DNA from: an uncultured delta proteobacterium
GTDB lineage: Bacteria; Desulfobacterota; Syntrophorhabdia; Syntrophorhabdales; WCHB1-27
Direction of reading: 5' to 3'
Assembly: GCA_963810935.1 (NCBI GenBank)
Contig: CAWEPK010000016.1
Span: forward strand, 32,001 to 96,000
Length of the DNA stretch: 64,000 nucleotides
Made by a program: the position numbers and the translations under genes. This document shows, piece after piece, positions 1-10,321 of the stretch. Positions within the stretch are counted from its first letter, which is position 1; every line of letters begins with the position of its first letter. Under the pieces are notes generated by a model, which saw nothing but the letters and a program-made list of their open reading frames with translations, did no database searches and was not told the DNA's origin.

Positions 1-1220
1 ACCGTGTAGCTCAAGCCGTTGGAGCCTGCGTCCAGGTAGGTTGAGTCGATCTGGTGGATGTCGCCCGTGAGGACGATCTTGCTCCCCTCTCCTACACGGC
101 TCAGCACAGTCTTTATCTCGTGGGGACTCAGGTTTTGCGACTCTTCGACGATGATCCAGGACCTGGCGAGACTCCTTCCCCTTATGTGGCCGATTGACTC
201 GAGGCAAAGGACATCGGCCGTCATCAGGTATTCTATGGTCATCTTCTGGTTGTTCCGGGACAGCGGCGCAAAATTGTCGAAGACGGACTGCACCCACGGC
301 AGCATCTTGTCTTCCTTGCTGCCTGGCAAAAAGCCGATGTCCTGCTTCCCCACGGGCACGACGGGCTTGGTGACGATGATCCTGGTGAAAAGGCCGTCTT
401 CGAGGGTCTTGTGGAGACCGACCGCAAGGGCAAGGAGCGTCTTGCCGGTCCCTGCCTGGCCGACGAGCGAGACCGCCTGGATGGCGTTCTCCGTCAGAAG
501 CTCTACGGCGAATTGCTGCTCTTTATTGCGCGCCTTCACGCCCCAGAACGCGGCCCCCGTGTGATCGACCTTGCGCAGCTTTTTGTTCCTGGCTATGGCG
601 AGGCCGGAGGCGCCGTTTGGCGCAGTCAGGAGGGCGCACTGGTTTTCGAGCATCCCGCTGCCGCTGCTCCCGAGCGAATCGAGGCCCAGCTCGCCTGTCT
701 GGTGCAGGCGGTCGAGGTCGGCAGGCGCTACAGTGAACGACGCCTGGCCGGAGTAAATGGCCGATGCGTCCACCCGGTCCGTCTTGTAATCCTCCGCCTT
801 TATGCCAAGGGCAAGCGCCTTGACCCTTGCGTTTATATCTTTCGAGACGAAAACCGTGTTGCCGTTGCATCGCTGTTTGTAAAGCCAGGCGAGGGCGATG
901 ATCTTATTGTCCGTGTGCTGCGCGCCGTTTTCCAGGACCAGGGGGAAGCACCCTTTTTCCGGCCCCTGCAGGGAGGCGGAGTCGAGCTTGAGCCTGTTCT
1001 CGCCGGGGATGGAGGGCTTGCCTGCCCCTTCAACTGCTTTGCCGAGGAAGCGGATCGCCTGCCTTGCGTTTTGTCCCGTATGGTCAAACCGTTTTTTGAG
1101 GCGGTCGAGCTCCTCCAGCGCTTCAAAGGGTATCACGACTTCGTTTTCTTCAAACCGGAACATGCTTTCAGGATCGTGAATGAGAACATTGGTGTCGAGG
1201 ATGTAAGTCTTCCTGGGCAT
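1..1220 (-). CDS. PIN domain + PhoH-family ATPase (PhoH2 type), 3' end runs off the window
   Basis: Not in the ORF track; read by hand from the ATG at 1220: MPRKTYILDTNVLIHDPESMFRFEENEVVIPFEALEELDRLKK (PIN start), later VGQAGTGKTLLA (Walker A), KDIGFLPG, IIVEESQNL, TRVGEGSKIVLTGDIHQID and SNGLSY, all typical PhoH motifs. Confidence 0.92.
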   Translation of the reverse strand, partial: MPRKTYILDTNVLIHDPESMFRFEENEVVIPFEALEELDRLKKRFDHTGQNARQAIRFLGKAVEGAGKPSIPGENRLKLDSASLQGPEKGCFPLVLENGAQHTDNKIIALAWLYKQRCNGNTVFVSKDINARVKALALGIKAEDYKTDRVDASAIYSGQASFTVAPADLDRLHQTGELGLDSLGSSGSGMLENQCALLTAPNGASGLAIARNKKLRKVDHTGAAFWGVKARNKEQQFAVELLTENAIQAVSLVGQAGTGKTLLALAVGLHKTLEDGLFTRIIVTKPVVPVGKQDIGFLPGSKEDKMLPWVQSVFDNFAPLSRNNQKMTIEYLMTADVLCLESIGHIRGRSLARSWIIVEESQNLSPHEIKTVLSRVGEGSKIVLTGDIHQIDSTYLDAGSNGLSYT

Positions 1221-1308
1221 ATTGTTATCTCCTGAAGAAATGCACACGAGGCTTGCGGACGTCCGGCTGGCGGGAAGTTTACGGTCACGGTTGTACCATA
1301 TCTCTTAG

Positions 1309-1351
1309 AAAATACTATTCGAATGTGAAATCAGAATTATCTTTATGTTAA
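1309..1351 (-). promoter_or_regulatory. Pho-box-like direct repeats plus -10 element upstream of phoH
   Basis: The minus strand reads TTAAC-N6-ATAAT-N6-TTCAC-N10-TATTTT (11-bp period). Confidence 0.55.
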
Positions 1352-1440
1352 TAATAGGGAACCGGTACCTTGACGGCCCATCATTGCCCGGCTATCATTT
1401 GATATATGTCCGCATGCAAACCCCTGGAGATGGGCCGTTC

Positions 1441-2106
1441 ATGAAGAGCACGCTGAAGGACATAGCCGTTTGGATGTTGTTGTGGTTCTGCGGATGGGGC
1501 ATCTATTATCTTTTGCTCGCCCACGACGTAAACTACCTCACCTCGCCCCTCGTCTGTGCGCTTTATTTCTCTGCGGCGTCGCTGACGATCATCGTGTTCT
1601 ATAGAAACGTCTTCTTTTCCACAGCAAGGCTCGTCGGCCCTGCATCATGGTTTATGGCCGCCCTCTCCATCGCGGCGGCGCTGGCCGTTTATATACTGCT
1701 CCCTCTTTTCATCCCGGCCCCGGAGACGCTCATCCTCCGCAACCCGGACATGTTCTTTCTACGCCTGGATACGGCATACCTCTTTTCCAAACCTTTCGAG
1801 ATAGTTTTTCAGCAGGTGCTCATCTTCCTCCTCGCAGCGCACATGACGCGGCGCGGCCTCTCCCTGCCTGCAACATGCCTTATCTCCTGTCTCGTGTTCG
1901 GCGCCTCCCACCTTTACCTCATAGCCCACAACGGGTTGATGATGGGCGGCTACTTCACTATCTCGGCCGCCTGCGCGGGCCTGCTCTTCCCCTACCTGAT
2001 CCTCCGTCTTCAAAAAGGCCTCGTTTACACCTCGTCGATCCATCTTCTCTTCTACGTTTTCACCGGGGCATTGTGCCGCCTTTATCCGGCGGCCTTCATA
2101 GAATAG
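1441..2106 (+). CDS. Multi-pass membrane protein, possibly a divergent CPBP/Abi-family intramembrane protease
   Basis: About 7 hydrophobic segments. FEIVFQQ, LVFGASHL and SSIHLLF loosely match CPBP motifs 1, 2 and 4. The ATG at 1441 is preferred over 1345. Confidence 0.55.
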   Translation: MKSTLKDIAVWMLLWFCGWGIYYLLLAHDVNYLTSPLVCALYFSAASLTIIVFYRNVFFSTARLVGPASWFMAALSIAAALAVYILLPLFIPAPETLILRNPDMFFLRLDTAYLFSKPFEIVFQQVLIFLLAAHMTRRGLSLPATCLISCLVFGASHLYLIAHNGLMMGGYFTISAACAGLLFPYLILRLQKGLVYTSSIHLLFYVFTGALCRLYPAAFIE

Positions 2107-2113
2107 GCAAAAA

Positions 2114-2167
2114 TTAACGCAATTTTCACATGGCCTTCATGACACCTTAACAGGATTATCTTAAACT
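2114..2167 (+). promoter_or_regulatory. Four Pho-box-like repeats plus -10 element upstream of the response regulator
   Basis: TTAAC (2114), TTCAC (2125), TTCAT (2136) and TTAAC (2147) at exact 11-bp spacing, then 10 nt, then TAAACT (2162-2167). Confidence 0.7.
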
Positions 2168-2199
2168 CGATTATAACTTTCCGGATAAAGGGGCTGTTT

Positions 2200-2889
2200 T
2201 TGCAGACAGGCAAACATATCGCTGTAGTGGAGGACGACGTTGACATCATGGAGCTTGTCACCCTTCACCTCAAGAAGGAGCGCTTCAACGTAACGGGCTT
2301 CCTCAATGGGACGGGCTTCCTCAGGTCTCTGGAAGGGGCGCTCCCCGTGCTGGTGGTGCTCGACCTGATGCTGCCGGACGTGGACGGCTTCGAGATTTGC
2401 AGGCACCTCAGGACGAAGCCTGCGTACTCTTCTATCCCTATCATAATACTGACTGCCCGCACGTCCGAGACAGACCGCGTCCTCGGCCTTGAGCTTGGCG
2501 CGGACGACTACGTTATCAAGCCCTTCTCGCCCAGGGAGCTGACCGCGCGGGTCAAGGCGGTCCTGAGGCGAACGTCCAGGCGGGAGCCCGAAGCGAAGAC
2601 AATCGAAATCGACAGCCTCGTCAGCATCGACCCGCAGAAATACGAGGTGACGGTCGACGGCGAGAAAGTGGACCTGACCGTCACGGAGTTCCGCATCCTC
2701 CAGCTCCTCGCTTCCAACCGGGGCTGGGTCTTCTCCCGCGACAAGATACTTACCCATCTCTGGGGCACGGACAAGATGGTGCTCGACAGGACGATCGACG
2801 TGCACATCAAGCACCTCAGAGAAAAGATGGGTAAGGCCGCCCCTCTGATTAAGAACCTTCGGGGAATCGGATACAAGCTGGAAGCATAA
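2200..2889 (+). CDS. OmpR/PhoB-family response regulator (PhoB/PhoP-like)
   Basis: REC domain (VVEDD, LDLMLP, ILTAR, GADDYVIKPF) plus winged helix (LTVTEFRIL, DRTIDVHIKHLREK, RGIGYK). TTG start. Neighbours include phoH and pstS. Confidence 0.92.
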   Translation: MQTGKHIAVVEDDVDIMELVTLHLKKERFNVTGFLNGTGFLRSLEGALPVLVVLDLMLPDVDGFEICRHLRTKPAYSSIPIIILTARTSETDRVLGLELGADDYVIKPFSPRELTARVKAVLRRTSRREPEAKTIEIDSLVSIDPQKYEVTVDGEKVDLTVTEFRILQLLASNRGWVFSRDKILTHLWGTDKMVLDRTIDVHIKHLREKMGKAAPLIKNLRGIGYKLEA

Positions 2890-2943
2890 AGGGACCGGGA
2901 TCGTTAAGCCTATGACTTAAACGGCCCGGGGCGTTGCGTCGAT

Positions 2944-3514
2944 TCACGGTTTTTCGGCCCTGGCGCGGACCCTTATACATAAGGCTGCAATCGCCACACA
3001 GAGGGCGATCATTAAGGTGCCGACGATAAGGCGTGCCGCGGTGTTCGAGATGATCGCGCCGAGTGCCGCCCCCAGAAAATAACCCCCCATGCCGAATATT
3101 GCGGCCCATGCAAGACCCGAGACCGCGTTCAACGCAACAAACGTGCAAACCGGCACGCCCGACATGCCGATGGCGAAAGGCGCGGCCATCCGCAGTCCGT
3201 AAAGGAAACGAAAGCCGATAATCGCAGGGACCCTGTACCTACCGACCAGCGCGAGAAAGCGGAGCGATTTCTTTTCGAGGGCGGGCCATACGTGTATAAT
3301 CGACCTGCCCTTGAAGCGGCCGAGGAGATAGAAGAACTGGTCGCCCGCAATTCCCCCCAGCCATGCAACGAGGATGACCAGGGGCAGGCTGAGCCAGCCG
3401 TGCCGGGATGCTATCCCGGCGGATATGAGGATGGTCTCCCCTTCGAGGACCGTGCCCGCGAAGACAGCCGTGTAGCCGAGGCCGGAGACGAGGTCCGGGC
3501 CGGACGTATGTCAC
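2944..3514 (-). CDS. DedA-family membrane protein (start disrupted by an apparent 1-nt indel)
   Basis: The open frame 3510->2944 reads GYTAVFAGTVLEGETILISAG...AGDQFFYLLGR...IIGFRFLYGLRMAAPFAIGMSG...FVALNAVSGLAW. The only nearby start (GTG 3514) is one base out of frame. Confidence 0.85.
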
Positions 3515-4573
3515 CTATATCCTGTCTTGCCTTACGTAGGGGGTGAGAAATGACTCGGTGACCTTGCTGCGCCCTGAAGCGATGAACAGGGCGGCAGCCA
3601 GGACCTGGAGGGCGAGGATGGGCGCCGGGTCCCAGAGCCGCCCGATCCCGGCAGCGATATCGGGCGTCACTCCTGTCTCCACGGGGAAGACCGCCCATAT
3701 CAAGAGGGCATAGGGGACAGTGAAGGCGGCCATAACCTGGTAGGCCGTGACGCGCCCTCCACCCCTGTAATCCGCCCGCAGCGTCTCGGAAACACAGCGC
3801 CATACCTGACTGAGGATGGTTGCAAGGAGAAAGGCAGCCCCGTAAAGGGCATTGAGGAACAGGTAAGCTGCGGCAAGGCCGCAAACGACGAGGAAGACCG
3901 AGGTGATCGCCTGGATGGGCACGACCCGTGTCCCGTCCAGGCCCGCCTCATACGATATCTTCTTTGTCCGGCCGCTGAATATGAAGCTGTGCCTGTCGAA
4001 TAATTTCCTGAGCACGGGGTGGAGTTGCGAGACGGGCTTGCCGTAACAGCAGCCGAAGCTGATGCAGGAGAGCCTCCCCAGGCCCTCAGCCAGCATATAG
4101 GCGGCGCTCGTGGCTGCAAGGACCGGCATGACAGGTATAGGAAGGCCCGCGCCGGTCCCGGCAATGCCGTTCGCGGCCGAAATGAGCCACGGCGCCGTCA
4201 GGAAGCCGGCGAAAAACGCGCCGCCTATTGTGGAGGTGTGCGCTTTCTTCTCAACCACCCGCGCGATTATCCGCGAGGACCCGAAACAGATGAGGCTGCC
4301 CGCTGTAACGAGGCAGCCTGCGACCAGGGCAGGCACCGAGATATCGAGTGCGCCGATCAGCACGTACGCCAGCGAGCCGCTCACCAGCATTGCAAACGCC
4401 TGGAAGGCCCCGTAGTACGTGTAGTTCGTGCTCCTCCACGCGCCCGAGTCGAGCTTGGCGGCAGGCGCGGCGAAGGCGATCTGCCACTCTTCCTCCGGAA
4501 GCCTGCGGGACCCCCAGCCGATCACGAGAAAGCAAAAAGCGCCAAGGGCAAGTATGAACATCTCGTTCTGCAC
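3515..4573 (-). CDS. Lgt-like (prolipoprotein diacylglyceryl transferase family) membrane enzyme, divergent
   Basis: EGLGRLSCISFGCCYGKP, PIQAITS and SETLRAD match Lgt signature regions. Multiple TM helices. AAGGAG RBS before GTG 4573. Confidence 0.75.
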   Translation of the reverse strand: MQNEMFILALGAFCFLVIGWGSRRLPEEEWQIAFAAPAAKLDSGAWRSTNYTYYGAFQAFAMLVSGSLAYVLIGALDISVPALVAGCLVTAGSLICFGSSRIIARVVEKKAHTSTIGGAFFAGFLTAPWLISAANGIAGTGAGLPIPVMPVLAATSAAYMLAEGLGRLSCISFGCCYGKPVSQLHPVLRKLFDRHSFIFSGRTKKISYEAGLDGTRVVPIQAITSVFLVVCGLAAAYLFLNALYGAAFLLATILSQVWRCVSETLRADYRGGGRVTAYQVMAAFTVPYALLIWAVFPVETGVTPDIAAGIGRLWDPAPILALQVLAAALFIASGRSKVTESFLTPYVRQDRI

Positions 4574-4591
4574 GGCATCTCTCCTTCTTCC

Positions 4592-4692
4592 GTCATTCCG
4601 GGCTTGACCCGGAATCCATTTTTTTGCCTTACCAACCTCTGGACCCCGGCTCCCGGATTAAAACGTTCCGGGACAAGTTTTGCCGGGGTGAC
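4592..4692. repeat. REP-like palindromic intergenic element (GTCATTCC...GGGTGAC type)
   Basis: Hairpin GTCATTCCGGGCTTGACCCGGAATCCA, followed by TGGACCCCGGC-[TCCCGGA...TCCGGGA]-GCCGGGGTGAC nested inverted repeats. Confidence 0.65.
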
Positions 4693-4721
4693 GACCATAT
4701 AAATTTCGCGGTTCGCTCTAG

Positions 4722-5741
4722 TTAAACATCAACGGGCCTGCCCGTGTGGAGTGCGTACCCTATCGCGGATCTGACTTTCACGTCCGTTTCCAGAAGGGGC
4801 TTACCGAAGGCTGTGGTAAAGCGGCTTGACCCTGCCGCATGGCGCATGTTGCGGACGAGCTGAGCATCGAAGGCCATCCTTCCGGGCTGGAAGAGAAGCA
4901 CGTCCGTGCTGCTCCCCGGTGCGTAGACGCTCTTTGGGCAGCCCTTTTTCATGTGCATGCCCGGCTCGATCCGCCGCGGGTCGTCGTAGCGGTTCTCGCT
5001 GTATCTCTGCTCGACTTTGCCTATCATCAGCGCCGTCACTTCGACCATCGCTACAAGCCCCACCCGGGTACCGTCGGGCACATCCGTATCTATGACCGTC
5101 ACAACGCGGGTGTTCTTCGAATACGGCGTGACGACGGTTACGACCGCCTCCGGGTTGCACGAGTGGTAAGCGCCGGGCAGCTCGTAGATATCGACGGCCT
5201 TCCCGGAGACGGGCACATGGTTGTAGTGGTACCTGTCCGGCGTCAGGCGGAAGATCGCAAAATCGGCCCCCCGGAACGCCTCCACCCACGCGGGCTTCCC
5301 CAGCAGCTCGTCCGTGTCGAAGAACTTGCCTTTCAGGAAAAGCCCGGACGCCTCGCTCAGGGAGCCGACCAGCACGCGGGAATCGGCCGGCGAGACTACG
5401 GCGTCCTGCCGGTCAGGCATGGGCCGGCACTGCCAGTAGCGTATCTTTCGCTCGAAAAGCCTCTTGGGCGAGGAGAGGGCGCCGATGGGGTCGATGCACT
5501 CCGCCAGGTCGATGCCGCAGTGGTCGAGGAACCTGCCGATCCCTCCGATCCGCCGCGAAAGAAAAAGGTCGTAATTGAGAAAAGCGATCAGGGAAGATGC
5601 TCTTCGGGACGTTAGGAGCCGGAAGAGAGAGGGGGCATCCTCCCTGACCCTTGAATACAGATAGGTAATCACACGGTCTAGATACAGCTTCTCCGTGCGG
5701 AGGATGAACGTGTCACGGTCGATATACTGGTGGCTCGTCAT
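4722..5741 (-). CDS. Phosphatidylserine decarboxylase-family pyruvoyl-dependent decarboxylase
   Basis: VSPADSRV, FRLTPDRYHYNHVPVSG, VEVTALMIG and the self-cleavage-type motif YAPGSSTDVLLF. Confidence 0.88.
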   Translation of the reverse strand: MTSHQYIDRDTFILRTEKLYLDRVITYLYSRVREDAPSLFRLLTSRRASSLIAFLNYDLFLSRRIGGIGRFLDHCGIDLAECIDPIGALSSPKRLFERKIRYWQCRPMPDRQDAVVSPADSRVLVGSLSEASGLFLKGKFFDTDELLGKPAWVEAFRGADFAIFRLTPDRYHYNHVPVSGKAVDIYELPGAYHSCNPEAVVTVVTPYSKNTRVVTVIDTDVPDGTRVGLVAMVEVTALMIGKVEQRYSENRYDDPRRIEPGMHMKKGCPKSVYAPGSSTDVLLFQPGRMAFDAQLVRNMRHAAGSSRFTTAFGKPLLETDVKVRSAIGYALHTGRPVDV

Positions 5742-8153
5742 GTCCCCGTTTCTTTGAAGAAAACCTCAGGCTCGGGCACACGGGAAAGGTCCGCGCTTAT
5801 CGCGAGAAGGACCGTGCAGATAAGCCTCCTCAGGCTCGCTTGCCGGGATCGTCTCCGTCATTACGGCCTCGCGAACGCTTCTGACGTAGTCGAGGGCCTC
5901 ACCGGACACAAGCCCGTAAAGGAGCCTCCCCACCGTGGCGTTATGGGGGGACGAAGGTGAGGTAAGGAGCGACAGGTCTTCTTCCATGATATCGAGCGCC
6001 TCAGCCAGGTGGCGCAAGCGCAGGGGGTTGCGGTAGAACTCCTCCGCCGCGCCGTTGAATGCCTCGCTGCTCACATCGAGGGGCGAGCGGGCCCCTAGCG
6101 TCCCGAGGACCTCCTTCGTGAGTGCGGCTGCCGCCTGCCGGCCGGGCGCGCCTTCGAGCCTCTCTTTCAGGTCTTCCATCGTCTCGCCCATGCCGAAGAG
6201 GTCTATCAAATCGGCCGCCTCGCTTTCCAGGCGGCGCACGAGGGCCCGGCAATATTCCGTATTGTAGACTCTGAGATATCCGGGATACCTGTGACTCGCC
6301 CGCACCTGGTCGCACCGCTCAAGGACGCCTTTCATGAAGCGGTTCTCCGTGTCTTTCCTCACGAAGAACGTCGGGACGCCGATGGCCGCGCCGAAGAAAA
6401 TCTGCCTGCGCTCGCTCTCCACGAAGGGGCTGTCGGGAATGTCCTCCGCTTCGATGGTCCCATTCGTAATCGATTTGAAGGCATAAGCGATCAAAAGGTT
6501 CTGAAGGTCCACGGCCGCGGCCATATCGTTTTTGATGCTCGGGAAGAGGCTGTAATAACGCCCCTCGAAGCCGCAAAAGCCTACCCTGTCGAATTCCCTG
6601 AGCTTGAGCGGCAGGTAAAGGGACATGCGCGTGTCGAATACGCCCAGGTCGGCGAGGTCCTTCTTGAGGTGCTCGCTGTTGCCCGGCGTCCCGTTAAGCG
6701 CCGCGCTTCTCTCCGTGCTAAGGAGGCTGACGAGGTAATCGATAAGGCGGAAGTCAGGCACGAAATCGCCGCTTAAGCCTGCTATCCTGCTGATTGCCCT
6801 GTCGAGCAGGGGCGGGCCGAGGGGCGTCACCGGATGTCCGCAGAACCTGATGTCGGCCTTCGCCTTCCAGCGCCGCCAGAGCATGCGCAGGTGCGTGTAG
6901 TCGAGCTCATGGGGCAGGAAGCCGAGGACGCGCTCGGGATGGAAGTCGGCGAAATCGAAGCGGTACGGCGCTGCGCTGTACGTCTTCACGAAAAGGGGGA
7001 GGAAATGCTCCATGATCTTGACGGCTAAATCGCCCGCCTGCTTCTCTTCGCGCAGCCCGAAGCCTGACGACGGGTCGTTGCGCAGACGCGTGAGGGCGTT
7101 GCTTCCCAGGCTCACGTGAGTGCCGTTGTTGGCGAGGCTGATGTCGGAGGTGCTCGGGAGGACCACCAGGTTGCTCGTGTTGATGCCCGCGTCGTGGAGC
7201 TTGGCAACAGCGTTGAGCCGGCTCCGGCTCAGGACCTCGTGACACAGGCTCATATATTCCTGTTTCGCCTCCCCCCTGTCCCATCCCGAAAGGCAGGGAC
7301 TCATGAAAAGCTCGCGATAGAACGAATCGGATATGCAGGCGGAGAGCCTCTTCTGGCGCACGGGGGGATGGGGAGAAAAATAGATCATGGCCTTCTGGCC
7401 GCTCGATGCAAGCTCCAGCTTCTCATTCGCGTACATTACGAGGAGCTGGGTGAGGAGGAAGCGCTTGGCCGTCTCGCGCGCAAGCTCCCTGCCAGGCCCC
7501 CTGCCGGGAGCACCATGGACGATATAGAAGGAATGGGTCTCGGGAGACGTGTTATCGCTCACGAAATGGTCGAGGAGCTGCACGCCGGTTCGGCGGACGA
7601 TGGGGTGGACGTTGTCGCCGCCCACTGCGTCGGCGAGGGCAAGCTTTACGAGATAGCTGACGGGTACGCGAAGGTATTCGATGCCCTCTTTGACAAATGA
7701 GAATTTCCCGATGTCCGAACGTGGGCCGGCCTGCGGGTCCGCCTTATCGGCCGAAAGGTCGCCTTTTAGAACGTCGAGGGCAAAACGATTCAGGAGCACC
7801 TTGGGGAACCGCACCCAGCTATTCTCCCACACGTTCCGGCCGCCTTCGTTCAGGAACCGGACAAGCTCACCCCCCAGCTTGCGCGGCGCGTCTCCCGAGG
7901 CGGCCCGCCGCATTATGTTGGCGAGGTAGTTCGACTGCTCTATCATGAGCGGCAGGTCAACGTCGTTTTTCCTGCCGGCGACAACGGCCTGCAATTCCGT
8001 CTCGGCCCCTGCCGTCGTATCTTCCGGTGAAAAGAACACAACCCCCGGTCCGTCCTCCCATGCCGGCAGGGACAGGCCGTGTTCCTTCTCGACATGGAGC
8101 CGGGCCGGCCGCCTGATGAGAGTTATTCCGCGCAGTCCCCCTTTTTCCACCAC
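5738..8153 (-). CDS. Large uncharacterised protein with carboxylate-amine ligase (GCS2/glutamine synthetase superfamily)-like motifs; 1-nt insertion near 5833
   Basis: AAGGAGG RBS before GTG 8153. Motifs AGAETELQ, RELFMSP, NNGTHVSLG, HFLPLFVKTYSAAPY and FEGRYYS. Removing one C near 5833 gives ASELRRLICTVLLAI...ETGT*, whose stop overlaps the decarboxylase start as ATGA. Confidence 0.7.
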
Positions 8154-8179
8154 TTTCGCCTCCTTGGCGCGAGATGGAT

Positions 8180-8235
8180 AAGTTAACCACCCCAATGTTA
8201 ACAGGCCGTGTGGCTTCCCGTGAATTTGCGGCGAA
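8180..8235 (-). promoter_or_regulatory. Pho-box-like repeats plus -10 element upstream of the ligase-PSD-Lgt-DedA operon
   Basis: Minus strand TTCGC / TTCAC / CACAC / TTAAC at 11, 12, 11 nt spacing, then 11 nt, then TAACTT. Confidence 0.55.
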
Positions 8236-8260
8236 AAACAGTTTCGGCCGCGCTGCTGCT

Positions 8261-10273
8261 TCAGGACCGTGGCGCAGGCGGGAAACAGGCGCCCTTCGAG
8301 GCGGCTTCATCAACGAGCTCCCTGATTTTCCTGCACAGGGAATCAGCCGAGAACGGTTTCTGAATGAAACCGATGCCGATGCCGTCGGGCAGGACGGCGC
8401 CCTTCTGGACGAGCCCGTAACCGCTTACGAAGAGGCAGGCTATATCGGGCCTGATTCTCCGCATCTCCTCGCAGACCTCGACCCCTCCCTTGCCCGGCAT
8501 TACCATATCGGCTATGACGAGATCGAGCTGATGGAGTTTTGTTCCGAACAGGGCGAGCGCCTGATCCCCGTTTGCGGCCGAATAGACTTTGTGTCCGAGG
8601 GTGCTCAGCATATCGAGGACTACATTGCGCAAATCCCCGTCATCCTCGATAAGCAGCACCGTTTCCTTTCCCATTACCGGAGATGCTTCCGTCACCGCCT
8701 CCTCGGGCCTCGCCCCGCCTGCGGCAGGGAGGAATATCCTGAACACGGCGCCGTGGTCCTTGTCGCTGTCGACCATTATGAACCCCTCATGCTTTTTCAC
8801 TATGCCGTAGACTACGGAAAGGCCCAGGCCCGTTCCCTGTTCTTTGGTGGTAAAGAAAGGGTCGAATATTTTCTCTCTTACGGCTGCGTCCATGCCGGCG
8901 CCCGTATCGGTCACGGTAAGGATGAGATAATCCCCCGGCTTGCCGTCCGGCGCAAAGAGGATCGCTTCGTCGTCAGCGATGCGGGCGAACGACGTCTCTA
9001 TTGTCACCTTCCCGCCGGCCGGCATGGCCTCCCTGGCATTGACTACCAGGTTGAGGAGGACCTGGTTGATCTGGCCTACGTCCAGCTTCGCCGAAGGCAG
9101 GCCGGCCTGTAGAGAGACGCGCATCTCCACGTTCTCGCCGACCATCCTCCTCATCATTTTTTCAAAATCTTCGACTACGTGGTTAAGGTCCGCGGTGACA
9201 AGCTCCAATACCTGCTGCTTGCTGAACGTCAGGAGCTGCCTCACGAATTCCGTCGCCCGCTTTACAGCTTTTTCGATGGATTGGCAGCGGACGCGCATCT
9301 TTTCCCTTTCGGGGTAATTATCCGTTCCGTTGGTGGGGGTGCCGGGCGACGCGAGCTGCAGCTTCAAAAGTTCGGCGTTCCCGAGGATGATGCCCAGCAG
9401 GTTATTGAAATCGTGGGCTATGCCGCCTGCGAGGCGACCGACCGTCTCCAGCTTCTGCGACTGCAATAGCTGCTGCTCCAGGACCTTTATCTGCCTGAGC
9501 TTCTGCACCATGTTCCCCATTGCGGCAAGCAGCCTGGCCGGCTCGTCCCTGCCTGCGGCCGCCACCTCCACGTCCAGGTCGCCCTCGGCGAGCCGGTTGG
9601 CAATCTCGACGCCCTGGCCCAGCGGCACCGTGATGCTTCTTTGCAGGATTATGCCGATTACGATGGCGAGAGCGATGATGAAAGCGCCCGTAAGGACAAA
9701 GAGGTTGCGGGTTACTTCGTACGTTTTCACAGCCTCTCCATAATAGAGGGCCGCCTGTTCCCGCTCGTAGACGACAAGCTCCGTCGCGAACTGCTGAAGC
9801 TCCAGCGCCTCCGGCCGCAGCCTGTTCATGTAGGCGTCGCCTGCCTGTCTCAGCTTTCCCATGGCTGCAAGTCCGAGGGCCTGGTCGCCCAGGTAGATAG
9901 CCTTGCGCACGGCCCCCTTGAGCCGGAGCAGGAACATCTTGCCTTTCCCTGTCGTCTCGAGCCCGTCCAGCCGCTCCAGGGCGTCTTCGTACGTGGCCCT
10001 GGCAGTGAGTATGCGGACCTGCTCGAACGCCATGACCGCTTCGTCTTTTGCCAGGATGGTTGTAAGGACGGCTTCACCCTCGGTGCAGACCGCGTCCTTT
10101 ATGATGTTGGCGTACCATATCCTGGCGCTGGTTGTCCGGACGACCTGGTCCATTTTCCCGCTGATCCCCTTCATGGCTGAAAGGCCGAGAATGACAAGGG
10201 CTATCATGAACAACATCAAAAGACCCATGCCGGCGCTGAGCCGGGTTCCAATCCTCATCCATCGCAAGTCCAT
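8261..10273 (-). CDS. Hybrid sensor histidine kinase (periplasmic four-helix bundle, HAMP, HisKA, HATPase, REC)
   Basis: Two TM helices flank an MCP-like 4HB. HAMP domain, [42 protein letters not shown], and a C-terminal receiver (LIEDD, DMVMP, QKPF). Confidence 0.93.
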   Translation of the reverse strand: MDLRWMRIGTRLSAGMGLLMLFMIALVILGLSAMKGISGKMDQVVRTTSARIWYANIIKDAVCTEGEAVLTTILAKDEAVMAFEQVRILTARATYEDALERLDGLETTGKGKMFLLRLKGAVRKAIYLGDQALGLAAMGKLRQAGDAYMNRLRPEALELQQFATELVVYEREQAALYYGEAVKTYEVTRNLFVLTGAFIIALAIVIGIILQRSITVPLGQGVEIANRLAEGDLDVEVAAAGRDEPARLLAAMGNMVQKLRQIKVLEQQLLQSQKLETVGRLAGGIAHDFNNLLGIILGNAELLKLQLASPGTPTNGTDNYPEREKMRVRCQSIEKAVKRATEFVRQLLTFSKQQVLELVTADLNHVVEDFEKMMRRMVGENVEMRVSLQAGLPSAKLDVGQINQVLLNLVVNAREAMPAGGKVTIETSFARIADDEAILFAPDGKPGDYLILTVTDTGAGMDAAVREKIFDPFFTTKEQGTGLGLSVVYGIVKKHEGFIMVDSDKDHGAVFRIFLPAAGGARPEEAVTEASPVMGKETVLLIEDDGDLRNVVLDMLSTLGHKVYSAANGDQALALFGTKLHQLDLVIADMVMPGKGGVEVCEEMRRIRPDIACLFVSGYGLVQKGAVLPDGIGIGFIQKPFSADSLCRKIRELVDEAASKGACFPPAPRS

Positions 10274-10321
10274 CTCAATGGCGCCTCCGATCTGTGAAAT
10301 CACCGACGGTCTGGTTGTTAT

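Noticed and set aside
58..1235. Plus-strand ORFs 58-564 and 411-1235
   Set aside because: Antisense shadows of the minus-strand PIN-PhoH gene, which the ORF track missed because it is truncated.
2903..2920. Additional Pho box after the regulator
   Set aside because: The pentamers are 9 nt apart rather than 11, and lie between convergent genes.
3239..3514. 91-aa ORF MTYVRPG...
   Set aside because: Wrong frame of the DedA gene; the DedA motifs are in the adjacent frame.
4592..4692. Insertion sequence or MITE
   Set aside because: No transposase or clear target-site duplication; it fits a REP-like repeat better.
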